The notes under the pieces were generated by a model. That model did not search any database, had not been told where the DNA came from, and was given only the letters and a program-made list of their open reading frames with translations. The translations under genes and the position numbers were made by a program. 64,000 nucleotides of DNA from Eledone cirrhosa (lineage: Eukaryota), in contig OZ024741.1 of the NCBI GenBank assembly GCA_964016885.1, forward strand, positions 148,862,001 through 148,926,000, read 5' to 3'. Below are positions 51,101 through 64,000 of the stretch, in pieces. Numbering within the stretch: the first letter of the stretch is position 1; every line of letters begins with the position of its first letter.

Positions 51101-54042
51101 TGTTATCTAAATAGATTATGGGAAAACTAAAAAGTTTTGTATATTTAAATTGGTTGCTAACTGCTATTGTTACTGCCATCTTTCTATGATCAAAATTTCA
51201 TTTAAACTTCATATTTTGGATGAAACCTGAAGTGCAAGTTCAAATTTAGATTCTCGACACGTGTGTTTGTTGTCTCCGATATATGAGGTGTTGTTAGCAT
51301 AACAGCATGTGTGTGCATGCAGTGTCCAGTACATGAGGTGTTGTTAGCATAACAACACCTCTGTTTGTTTGTATGTGTGTATGTATGTATTATATACACA
51401 AACACAGATATATCTGTTGGTATTATACTGCTCACAATGATGCATTACAATTTAAAAGTTCATTTACTCTGTGTGTGTGTGATCAAATGAAATTATGCAT
51501 AAACATTTGGGCATAAGCCAAAACAAAATTATAACAATAGATGGAAGTGGGAACTAGCAACTTTTTTTGATTTTGACATTCTATGATCCACTGTTTATTT
51601 GTCTTGAGATCCATATGCTTATGTATGCTTTGATTTGAATGTATGTAAATATATAGTGTGCTGTGTATATGAGAATATGTTATGTGAGTGTGCTTGTCTG
51701 CAGTTTCGCACTATGTTGGTGTCTGTGTACGAGTGTTTGTCAACAATGCATCCCTATGTGTATGATGGTGTGAATGTATGCAAGTGTCTGTCTACAATGC
51801 AGTACTATGTGTATATTATTGTATGTATGTGTTGGTGTGTGTGAGTGAGTGAGTGACTGACTACAATGCAGTGCTATGTGTATATTGGTGTATGTGTATG
51901 TTGGAGTGTATGGATGAGTGATTGACTACAATGCAGCGCTATGTGAATCATTACTGACTTCTTTCAGTTGAGTCAGATGAAGATGGTTGACAACAGTGAA
52001 GTTTATCATCTACCACCATGACCTATCCCCCTGGCTGACAGCCCTCTGCTAGCTACCTTCCACACATCTCAATTCTACTAACTATACCTGTGTATGTATA
52101 TGTGTATGTGTGTGTGTATATATTCATATACAGACAAGACTGTTTCCTGGCTGATTCCTGTGGCTTCACAACACTAAATCTATATTTCCACCAATGCAGC
52201 TGATATGAACAGATTCAAAATCAGGGCACTGGGTGGTAGAAATAGCAGATTCAAGACAAAATGTATAGCAGTACTTAGCCACATCCTTTCATATTCCAGT
52301 TTCAAAACTTGTTGGGACTGGTTTAACCTTTCTCTCTCCTAGGAGTCAATAAGATATGTACCGGTTATATATTAGTATTAAATCGTATACTGATAAGGAA
52401 TCATTATTTGGTGGTGCAGTTGGGAGAAGCTAAACCTCTGGATATTCTCAGCTGAAATTGCACCAGACTTTTTTTTTTTTTTTTTTTTACTCCAGGTTCA
52501 GTTAAATCAACTATAAACTATCTTGTGGCTCTATGCCAAATTTGAAATCATCATCATCATTATTACTATTTAGATTGGTAGAACAGATTAAATATTTTGT
52601 GGTATGTAGTTACTTTTACATTTTAAGTTAAAATTTTGTCCGAAACTACTTTTGCTTTTTTTGTTTTGTCAGGTGTTGATAGAATAAAATACCTGTTAAG
52701 TATTCAAATCAATTTAAATCAACCATTGACTGCATCCTCCTTCCCATCATCCCCACTATGTGGCCTTCATCAGAAATCCTTATTAATAAGCTCTAGTGCA
52801 TCAAGTCCTTATCAATCTGCGTCGCTGGTTGCAAATTGGAACTACTTTGATACCATCTCTCAAGTAGGATGGAAGTCACATCTTCCCTCATTTTCTCCCA
52901 GTTAAGCAAATATAGTTTGAGGAGATCGTGCTTACCTAAAAATAAAAACCCTAAATCCCTGTTTTGGGGACAGGTATTATGGTGTAGCAGGGGTTTCTTT
53001 AACAGCTCAGATTCACTAAAAACTAAATGGACTTCCATTGGTGATGAGTATTTCAGTTAAATGATCAATGGGAGGGCCTACATGTTTTATTAACATGTAA
53101 GTGACTGAGTATTCTAAAAATACATATATTCTTAATGTAATTCTCAGGGAGATTCAGTGTGACAATGTGTAGCAAGGCTGGACTTACGAAATACAGGTAT
53201 TATCTTTTCTTGTAGTATATAATGTGACTGAGAATTTCACAGTATTCTCAGGGAAATGACTGGCTATTTGAATTAGAGGTACAGCCCATCTGTCAGGCTT
53301 CCAAACAATTATCATCTACCTAATTTCACTGAAAATGTGGATCAACCCAAGATGTGATCACTTTTTCTATAACTTTCCTTTAGAAATTACCATGGTTTGT
53401 TTAGCTCCTAACATCCTGTAATGAGTTAGCAGAAAATATCTAAAACAGATTTGTTCAAATGTTTACAGTATCTTTACAAATAGGTTGTTGCAAAAATATG
53501 CAATAAAATAGAAACTTATTTTTTAGTGTGATGCAGTCATGTCTTGCTAATGTGGTACAGAAGATTGAGGGTTAATGTAGTTGTGTGCAAGAGGTCATGA
53601 GATGAAGCCAGTGAAATGTGGTCAGTAATTGTTAGTGTTCCATCTAAAGAGGTAGAGGTCAGTTACCTGGCTGTCCCACTGGATCAGGTCATTCAAATAA
53701 TAAAAAAAAAAAAACCTTGGCCACTGCATCAATCAGAAGGGGAGGCTGCCTAAAGAATCCAAAAACAAAAATACAAAATCAGTTATTAGCCATTATTATT
53801 ATCATCATCATTACTATCATTATTATTATCATTATTATTATTACTACTACTATTATTATTATTACTATTTTTATTATTACTATTGTTTTCATTCTCATTT
53901 ATTCTGTACAAAGCTACAAAATTATGCAAAATAAAGTGATATTTATCCTTATATGCTGTAAACAACTTGCAGTTTTTATTTTGTAATGCATATATTAAAG
54001 CATATTCTTCAAAAAGGACATTGTTTTTGTTTACTTCAGTGA

Positions 54043-54099
<57 letters not shown>

Positions 54100-54292
54100 T
54101 AATGTTGGTTCAGTTTTAAATCTGGTTTCAGGCAGTGCCTATTTTTTCACATTAAGGTAATTTACTGGTACTTATATGAACCAAGAAGGGAGGGATCCTC
54201 TGCCAGTGGTTTCCAACTTAAGGACCTATAGGAAAGTTCATTTAAACAGACATCCATGGTAGTAAACATTGGAATTCACTTATATGTATAGC

Positions 54293-54453
54293 TGTTTCTA
54301 CTTTTGGCACAAGACCAGCAATTACCCCAGTGCATTACTGGTACTTTATTTTATCGAAAGGCAAAGTTAACCTCAGCAGGATGTGAACTCAGACCGTAAA
54401 TGGGCGTAACTCTATGGTGTCTGACCCTCTACCAACACTACCAATCCACCGCC
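54293..54453 (-). mobile_element. Family 1 SINE with internal deletions
   Basis: Reverse-complement similarity to 18029-18212. Confidence 0.8.
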
Positions 54454-57400
54454 CTTTAAATGTATAGTGTCAGTCAGTTTGTACCCTTTCTGTTCATTAC
54501 ATCAAGTACATACATCTTGATGAACTCTTTCTAACTATTATATAGTTTTATCTTGTGCCAATATAAGAGGCGTTAGATGTTGCATGCAAGAGAGAAAACT
54601 AATGCTTTTTTTTTTTTTTTATCCAACTCTCATCATCCATACACATTACATGTTTGTACCATCAAGTTGGTAGTGAAAGATGATCTCGGTGCTAAAACTT
54701 ACAAAATAATGCACAAGTGGCAAGACATTGTGTTTGGGGAGGACCTGTCCAGCCCATGCAAGCATGGAAAATTGATGATGGTGGTGAGGGTGACAGTTAA
54801 GAAATTATTATAGCAATGTATTTTCTGAATTGTTACTTCACTAAAGATTCTCTTTGGGTTTCCCTTCATTGTTCTTCACAGTAATTCTCAATTTCTGCAA
54901 ATTCCCTGAATTAGCAACAGTTATATTATGGCAGAAACTTTAGAGGTGCCAATGAAATAGCTTAGAGGTGTATATTCTTGCATTTGGAGATCAAATCCCA
55001 TTATTTTCAACTTTGCTTTTCATAAGTAAAGCCTATGGCATGAATTGGTGGAACTGCTATATTATTGGATGAAGTGGTATGTATTTTGACTCCTGATGTT
55101 CTGAGTTCAAATCCCATCATAGATTACTTGGACGGTAGACTTATGCCTGATTAAACGCCACCACCTGGCCCTTGAATGCTTTTTAGTGGAGTCCATTCTG
55201 TGCAAATATTGAGGCTACCTCCCTCCTAGTAGTCTTGAGGACACCTTTCTCCTCTCCACCAGTTTTAGGGGCCCTCCATCTTGAATAAGATTAAACTGAT
55301 AAGATTAGGACTTATCTAGTAAAATTAAATGGCCTCTTCTCTCTCCCGAAAACCTAAAAAAAATGAAAGAGTTGTCTTAACCTTTTCACTACCCTATTTT
55401 TAATAAAATACACTTGCTGAATTGTTTAAAGGAATTTACTAAAATCATTAAGTTTTCCATTAAGATATTTGTAACAATAAAAAAATTCTTATATCAAAGG
55501 ATGTTGAAAGGTTTCATTGTGCTTAGGAACTCTTTAAAATAAGTCGGTTTGTGTCAAAAGAGCTAACCATCTTGATATATATAACTTACCATTCTTCTAG
55601 TCAAGCAAACTTGCAAAGTATCTAAGAAATCTAATATGATTGACATGTCCATTGTTTTTACTAAGTTGGTACAAATACAATGCCCACTCCCTCTGCATTG
55701 TTTAAAAGTGTTCCAAAATATTTTGATCATCCCCCTAATTTTTCTTTCACTCACTATATTTAGAATGAGACTCTATAATGGAATACACTAGCCTAAGGTG
55801 CCACACACTGGGATTGGACTAGAAGTTATTTGTTGTGAAGTGAACTTCTTAATCACACTTCTCAATTATAATACACCATGTGTGTTTGTATATTTACTTA
55901 TACATAGATATATATGTAATTCTAAAATGTGCACGTAAACATATACACGATGCATTTCCTATGTCAGTCATGTTGCTACAATAAATTTCCTACAAATATA
56001 GGAAACTAAATAGTTATTTCTTCATTGTTACTCATACATTAATCCTGTATGTCCTTTGTACATATAGAAGACTAAACATTCATGTAATTATAACCAAGAA
56101 GTAAACTATTAAAATAATATTTTCATCTTTAATCATTTTTATGTAACATAAACTATAGTGTTTCTCTTATACAAACCATTGATTTATCAAAATGCAAATT
56201 TCCCAGTTTGTATGATTGTTCATATATCCAGGAATCCTGGCATGGGCATGCCGATCCTGGATTCAAAATCTTCATGCATTTGTGCGTTTAACACTTTAAG
56301 CACTCATATTTCAATATTTGCTTTCCAATCTTCTACCAATCACTGCATTATTGTTCCAATGTTTTATTTGATAAAGCATAAGAATAGTGCATGTTTATCT
56401 TTTATCGATGCATACTGCTGAAAGATATACGCATTAACACTTCTGACCCCAAAATATTAAACTGGTGCATTAAAGCAAAAGTCCCTTATAATATTTATTG
56501 CACCCTAATTACATGAACATTCCCTTATCACTCTACTTTTGGCATCGTAAATCAGTGGAAAGTTATAACAAACAACGTTACTGTTCATAATAAAGTGTGA
56601 AATAAAATAAAATAACTGCAAAACCTTTTCTTCACAGTAAGTAAACTAGAACATGACAGAGGTAGGCCTTGTGCCTAAATTAGAAACCATTATTATTAAC
56701 ATAACATGCTTTGTGGCATATAATTACGTCCCTTTGCATTGTTCTGAGTTCAAATCCCGTCAAGGTTAGCTTTGCTAACGAGGTCAATAAAATAAAGTAC
56801 CACTAATGCACTGGGTCCAATTTAATTAACTTGCCCACCAAAAAAATGTTGGCCTTATGCTTAAATCAGAAACCATCATTATAATTTGCGTTAAAGTGGA
56901 TATAATTATATGTTATTTACATAATGACATCCTAATGGATTTCCTTATTTAAAACTGCTGCAACAAGGCAGCAGAAAGTGTTTACACACAGAGAAGTGAG
57001 ATGGAGTGATTCAAGTTATTAGTTGAAGTATTTTCTATGACTTTCTATCTCAACCTTGTCTTCATTTATAATAATTCTTTAACATCAATGAATCATCATT
57101 TTATATTTGCTTTCCATGCCAGTATGGGTTGAACAGGTCCCCACTATTTGAGTTGGTTCATATTCTGCCCTCCTAGACAGTCCACATCTTGCTTTTATGT
57201 TCCATTTTTAATATAGTTTCAATGGTTAAATGTCCTTCCTAATGCCAACCACCTTATAGAGTGTAGTGTGTTAATATTTTATGTGGCACCACCACTAGAG
57301 GTTATGCACTCGATAAAACTAAAGGGTCTATTTATAGATATCTTCAGACGGGGAGAAGTGATTGTTATTTTGTGTACTCAACTATATTATTGTCAATCCT

Positions 57401-58280
57401 GTTGTATTTGATAATTCAGAAGAGCACTACCAACTTGTTTCATCACAATATGATGTTGACCTGCATCTTCTAGCGACAGAAAATCAATCTATACAAAGTT
57501 TATCATGGATCACACACATTAATCAGGTTCAAAGGCAACTACAGCTTGTGTTGTTGAAACAGTTTACAAGAATGATCTTCATGGTGTACTATCAGCAAAA
57601 TTGTTGCTATCTTGGCAACCATTCCTGCAACATTGTGTTTTACAGAGTACTCCTTCGAACAGCCTCAGACCAGTGAAGACATACAATGAGTCAATTGTAC
57701 CTAAACACTAGGCTATACAAGATATTGACTGAAAGTATGTCTGTTGGCAAAAAATATTGACCAACTGATTGGTATTTTTGCTGCTAAAATAGGTAGAAAA
57801 CAATATTTCTGTGAAGTTTGCATGAATCTAACTCTTGCTATCAGAGGAAAACAGACATTAAATAATAATGGTTTCTGATTTAGGCAAAGGGTCAACAATT
57901 TTAAGGGAGGGGAAAGTCGATCAGCTTGATCCCAGTACGTTGCTGGTACTTTATTTTATCAACACCATAAGCTAACCTTGGCGAATTTTTGAACTCAGAA
58001 TGTAAAGGGATGTAACCATATGCTGCAAAGTAAGTTGCCAACGTTCTACTCATACTCCCAATCCATTGTCCTTAATAATGGTTTCTGATTCAGGTACAAG
58101 ACAAAAGATTTGGGGGAAGAGGAAAGAAAGTTGATTAAATCAGTGCAGTACTGATACTTTATTTTATTGACCCTGAAAGGCAAAGCTAACCACGTTGGCT
58201 TATGAACTCAGCATGTAAAGGGACATAACTATATACTGTAAAACGACTGATACTGTCAATCCAGTACCTTTAATAATAAT

Positions 58281-58469
58281 TGTTTCTACGTTTGTCACAA
58301 GCCCAGCAATTACACAGTGTATTACTGGTACTTTATTTTATCGACCCCCGTAAGGATGAAAAGCAAAGTTAACCTCGGCGGGATTTGAAATCAGAATGGC
58401 AAGGGCCGTAACTCTATACATCAAAGCATGGCGTCCGACCCTCTACCAATACTACCAATCCACCGCCCT
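58281..58469 (-). mobile_element. Family 1 SINE with TSD tacctttaataataat; older related copies at 57865-58280
   Basis: TSD at 58265-58280 and 58470-58485. Confidence 0.88.
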
Positions 58470-59689
58470 TACCTTTAATAATAATAATGAGGAGTAGGAT
58501 GTGATATGTGCTGTTTATTTTTTTTTTAAATAGAAAATTTGTATTAATATTTCATATATGTAAAATTTGGGGCATTCTCTGAAAGGTGAACAGGTTTGAA
58601 TTAGACAACAATGTATATATAGAGAAAATAACTGAATGCAATGGTTGCAATTCCTCTGCACTTATTAGTGGTAGTGTATATTCCAACAGAGGTTTTCAAT
58701 GGTTTGGTCACATGAGAAAGGGCATTGTAATGATCCTTTTTAGAGTCTTGACTAGTTGGAGAAGAGGAAATTATCCTCAAGTGAGAGGGTTGGCTCCAAA
58801 TACTTGCAGCCATTTATGTGTTTCAATAAAATTGTAACTTCAATAAGCATTTATTCAATTGTATCAGACATGACAACCTCCCTAGATCTACATGTTAAAT
58901 GCACCCAATACACTTTGTAAAGTGGTTGGTTATAGGAAGGACATTCAGTCATAGAAAACCTGTCAAACAAAAGCTCAAAAGTCATGACAACTCTCTAGTG
59001 CTGGTGTCACAATAAAATGCATTCAGTAAAGTGTGAAAATATATGAAAGCAAGATGCAGGCCCCCAGCCAGTCTGAACAATTGGTAGAGTGTAGGAACAT
59101 ATGTGAGATGTAGGCCTTTGGCCTATCTGCTTGGGTACTGGCTCATTCTGTGACAATCCATCAAACCTTTGCTAGCAGGGAAAAGCAGGCATTAAATGAT
59201 GATGATGATGAATATTATAGAAAATCACCACAAAATGTAGTTAGTAAATGTTATTAAGTAAGTCTTATGTCCCAAATCATACCTTATTGTGCAACTCTCC
59301 TTTATAATGACTATAAGCACAGGAAAAGAAAACTAAAATATTGGTGATGATAATGACTTAACTCTGCATAATTAGTTTCAGCACTTTTTGCTAATTAAGC
59401 TAAGTTATTATCAAATTTCAAGGGTGTCTCTCCCTATAAATGAGCTAACCCAAATAAACATGTAATTGCTCCAATATATATAGTTCTCTGTTTATTTCTT
59501 TTCTCTAATTGTCTATATAATCTGGTAAAGTAGTTATCATCAAATTTCAGATTCCTTGTACAACCGGAAATGTAGGTGAGGCTTCATTATACCAAACAGT
59601 TGTATTCATAACAACAGTAATAACACCAAACAAACCACATCTACAACAAAAGAATACCACCAATAATAACTACATTTGCCAAAGTAATA

Positions 59690-59852
59690 ATGGTTTCTAC
59701 TTTTGGCACAAAGCCAGAAATTATCTCAGTGTATTACTGGTACTTTATTTTATTCGACCCCCCCCCCCCCCCCGTAAGGATGAAAGGCAAAGTTAACCTC
59801 GGCAGGATTTGAACTCAGACCGTAGAGGACTATGCTGCAAAGCATGGCGTCC
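59690..59852 (-). mobile_element. Family 1 SINE (5'-truncated)
   Basis: Reverse-complement similarity to 18029-18212. Confidence 0.8.
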
Positions 59853-60216
59853 GGTTTCTAATGTAACCCTTTTGAAATACACTGTATGTATATGTGTATG
59901 GATTAATTTGAAAAATGAATTTAAATAACTAATATTTTCATTATTAAGCTGATGTTTAGGGTGGTAGATTGGCGAAGTCATCTAAATATTTCTGGCTCTT
60001 TACGTTCTGAGTTCAAATCCTGTTGATGTCAACTATAGCTTTTAATCCTTATAGAGTTGATAAAATAAAGTATTAATCACATACTGGGATTGATATAATC
60101 AACTTTCTCCTCATCATTATTTCCCCACCATCATCATTAATTAAAAAAAAAGAAAATGAAAAAAAAAAAGAATGTTGGCCTTGTGCCAGCCAAAGCTAGA
60201 AATCATTATTTAGCTG

Positions 60217-60392
60217 GGCGGTGGATTGGCAGTATCGGTAGAGAGTCGGACGCCATGTTTTCCAGCATAGTTACGTCCCTTTACGATCTGAGTTCAAATC
60301 CCGCCGAGGTTGACTTTGCCTTACGTGGTCGATAAAATAAAGTACCAGTAATGCACTGGGTAATTGCTGGCCTTGTGCCTAAAGTAGAAACA
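60217..60392 (+). mobile_element. Family 1 SINE with TSD attatttagctg
   Basis: TSD at 60205-60216 and 60393-60404. Confidence 0.9.
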
Positions 60393-61199
60393 ATTATTTA
60401 GCTGATGTTTGAAACATTACTTAACAAAAATTTTCTTAAATAAAATGATGGTAGAAGGATTTAATTTTTTTTTTTTCAAAGATTTCAATATTATACTAAT
60501 GATGGTATAAATTATTTCTAAGGTATTTCATTAATTAAAATCACAATTCACATACAATTTGTCAAAATTATTCACAGTTATATAAATAACATTACAAATA
60601 AAAAAGAAGTTATACAATGATGGAAAGATAAAAACAAAATTAAGTAATGAGAAAAAGGGGAAGGGAAGATCTGGCTGTATGGGGAAGTAGAGGAAAGGAC
60701 TATAAATGCCATAAATGAGAGGAAAAAGGACTCTTGGACCACAGAAGAAAGGGGTGGAGAGGGGAGAAGGTGATGGGCTGCAGATGAAATATAAGTATGA
60801 ATATTTAAAACCTAGGGTGGTTTGGGGCAGGTTGGTTTTAAAAAGTACAAGGCCAGCAATTTGAGTGAAGGGAAAGTTGATTAAATCTCCCCCAGTATTT
60901 GACCATACTTTATTTAATCCAGACGTTCTCAAAGTGGGCGTTACCGCGTTGAGAAGGTCCAGGGGCAGGCAGTAGAGATGATATTAAATATCAAATGTTA
61001 CATATTATATATAAATATAGTCAAATAGAAAATATATAATATTTATTTATACATAGTATATACTAGCAGGATGGCTCGGGGTTTGCTCTTTGATATATAT
61101 TTATCCTTATCGAGCCTCGTGAAATAAATACATTTGTTTATATTTTGTTATTGTGTATGCAAAAATATCTGTACACGAATATATAATTATATATATATA

Positions 61200-61803
61200 T
61201 CTAAACTATAATAAAGTAAGAAGACTGTGTACGGTTTATAATTTTTTATCCTATTAGTAAAATAAGTTGGATTACTTTGAATAAATAATTGTTTCTACTT
61301 TTGGCACAAGGCCAGCAATTACCCAGTACATTACTGGTACTTTATTTTATCGACCCCGTAAGGATGAAAGGCAAAGTTAACCTCGGCGGGATTTGAACTC
61401 AGACCGTAAAAGGACGTAACTATGCTGGGATGAATATTACATAATTTATCTACTAAATTTCGTGGTTGTTGATTAAATATATTTTGTTTATTTAAAGATT
61501 CACTACTTTAAAATTTCTGAAATGTCAACACTTCCGGTTGGCGATCGCTGAAATAAACATACTAATTTTCTCCTAATGCAGTTAATATATAATATCGTCT
61601 TTTTTTTAATGTATCATGGATTACGTTACTGATTACATAAGACAGTGTAACGTAGTCTTCGTTCAATTTCTATGTATCATATATTGTCAATTACGATTTT
61701 ATTTGATGTATCATATCTACATGTATATATACTTGCGTATAATATCAATATACACACTAAACATGTTAGCAGAAAACCACCCAAAGGGTGTTTTTTCTGC
61801 TAT
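61200..61803 (+). mobile_element. Non-autonomous Helitron (same family as 17148-17631) with a family 1 SINE nested at ~61289-61428 (-)
   Basis: A|TCtaaactataataaagtaag start and 3' hairpin tagcagaaaaccaccc..gggtgttttttctgcta; the SINE splits a sequence that is contiguous in the 17.5 kb copy. Confidence 0.8.
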
Positions 61804-62187
61804 TATATATAACAGTACAGAGAAGTACGGAATACCTCGGCCTCGGGATGGTGTCTACATTTTATGCTTATAAGAAAAATTCGTCGTAGATTACCAGGTT
61901 TTTTTTTCTGGGCGAAGAAAATCAATACTTTATCGCGAAAAAATAAATTTGTTTATATTTTGTTATTGTATATGCAAAAATATCGGTACACGAATATATA
62001 ATTATATATATATATATATATATATTAAAATAACATTAATTTAAGCAAAGATTTGCTGCTTTCCCTCTTAACGGGATCTTCTGAAACTAAAAAAATCAAT
62101 CTGTGAACGCAGAAGTAAATATTTCCAAAAACGTTACACACACACACTATATATATATAGTGTGTGTAACGTTTTTCGAAATATTTA

Positions 62188-62239
<52 letters not shown>

Positions 62240-62305
62240 GCTACGTCATAATGTCGTAATGCAGACATACAGACATATTATAAGGGCGCAACGTTATATC
62301 TATGT

Positions 62306-62512
62306 ATCTATCTAAAAAGAGAATCGTCTAATACGGTCCGTAGGCATTGAAAATTTGCTCAAAACACTCACAGGACCATAAGTATTACATGTGTAAAGTT
62401 TGGAAACAGTCGGTTGGGTGGTTCTCGAGTTTTAGTGATCTGACAGACGGACATTTTCTGTTTTAGATATATAGACTAGCAGAAAACCACCCGGTGGGTG
62501 GTTTTCTGCTAG
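62306..62512. mobile_element. Short Helitron-like element ending in the perfect hairpin ctagcagaaaaccaccc-ggt-gggtggttttctgctag|t
   Basis: Same terminal hairpin as the other Helitron copies (62476-62512). Confidence 0.6.
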
Positions 62513-62696
62513 TCGATATATATTTAACACAAACACAGACACACACACACATACATATATATATATACACCCATGTTCATATTTTGAGATGCATTATTCT
62601 CAAATCAGATTATTATCTCTGACAGGAAGAACCAGTTTATAATTTTTAAGAAAAATTAAGCATACAGACATATTTTAGGAAACTTATGAATTCCTG

Positions 62697-63050
62697 TACA
62701 CACACACACAAACACTTACACAGATACACACGCACAGACAGACACACACGCATACAGACACATACGCTAACACACACATACCATACACACACTCATACAT
62801 ACGCACATATGCACACACGCTAACACACACATACACACGCACATACACACTTAAACCTATATATATGTATATATATAGAGAGACACACATAATATACATA
62901 TATAATATATATATATATTATATATACACACACACACACACACATATAACACACACACACATATATAACACACACACGCACACACATATAATACACACAC
63001 ACACACACGCATACACACACATATAACACACACACACATATATATATATA
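62697..63050. repeat. (CA)n/(TA)n microsatellite
   Basis: Direct inspection. Confidence 0.95.
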
Positions 63051-63368
63051 TGCTCAGCCCCAGTGAGATGGTTAAAACACCAAAAGTCAGTCTTAAAGTT
63101 GTCTGTAAATTCAAAGAATTCGGCTGTGTCTGGCTAGATCTCCATGGTAACTACTCCAAGGTCGCGCGTGCCATGGCTGGGAACGCAGGTGTCACGTGCT
63201 GGCCTAGAACGCTGGTTGTTGGAATCAGTGGTCGACGACATAACATATATATTATATGTGTGTGGAATAGTATAAATATTTCTTCGTATTTACTAACATA
63301 TATATATATATATTATATATTATATATACATACATTATATATATATTATTAATATATTACATACGTAC

Positions 63369-63414
<46 letters not shown>

Positions 63415-63486
63415 TAAAATAAAATATTAAAGTTTAAGCAAAGAATCGCTGCTTTCACCCTTAATGGGATCTTCTGAAACTAACCA

Positions 63487-63522
<36 letters not shown>

Positions 63523-63720
63523 CTGGTGATTTCTCAAGAATAAAACAGTTCTAGTCTATATATATATTACACACACAGAAATGTATATATATTTCTTAGA
63601 ACAAAATTATTATTGATGTTTTGCTGTTCATAACAATTGGAATTGAAAAATTACTTTTGAAATTATTAGTTATTTTACTAATGCTTAGATATGTAAAAAT
63701 GAAGCAATGTTTCTAATAAT

Positions 63721-63907
63721 TGTTTCTACTTTTGGCACAAGGCCAGCAATTACCCAGTACATTACTGGTACTTTATTTTATCGATCCCGTGAGGATGAAA
63801 GGCAAAGTTAACCTCGGCGGTATTTGAACTCAGACCGTAAAGGGACGTAACTCCATGCTATGAAGCATGGTGTCCGACTCTCTACAGATTCTGCCAATCC
63901 ACCGCCC
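63721..63907 (-). mobile_element. Family 1 SINE
   Basis: Reverse-complement similarity to 18029-18212. Confidence 0.88.
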
Positions 63908-64000
63908 TAATGTCTGTACTTAATGAGGGAGTGAGAGGGGAGAGAAAGAAAGGCAGAGGTGAAGTGACGAAGTGACTCTCACCTCCTCCTCCATCTCCCC

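Noticed and set aside
58586-58837. 83-aa ORF containing FQWFGHMRK
   Set aside because: Likely a tiny decayed RTE-LINE remnant (W.GH motif), not a gene.

Overview
AT-rich eukaryotic (animal) genomic DNA. It is very probably an octopus/coleoid cephalopod, inferred from the long (TA)n tracts and the SINE/RTE repeat content. The window holds the 3' two-thirds of one + strand, intron-rich class I bHLH E-protein gene (daughterless/TCF3/TCF4/TCF12 orthologue). I spliced it by hand into 11 phase-compatible exons, 6115..47795, giving 1521 nt (506 aa + stop); the 5' exons lie upstream of the window. The main finding is a duplicated HLH exon: two 146-nt exons (34920-35065 and 37580-37725) have identical phases, share one upstream basic-region exon and can only be used mutually exclusively. 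This is an invertebrate counterpart of the E12/E47 switch with a different architecture. Other notable signals are candidate 39-nt and 30-nt microexons, a triplicated terminal splice acceptor, an intronic hammerhead-ribozyme-like motif with a branched stem II, a 342-bp loopless palindrome and a periodic E-box cluster. The introns are filled with tRNA-SINEs, RTE-LINE relics, mariner- and piggyBac-type MITEs, a mariner relic and non-autonomous Helitrons. Almost all listed ORFs are microsatellite artefacts or chance ORFs.
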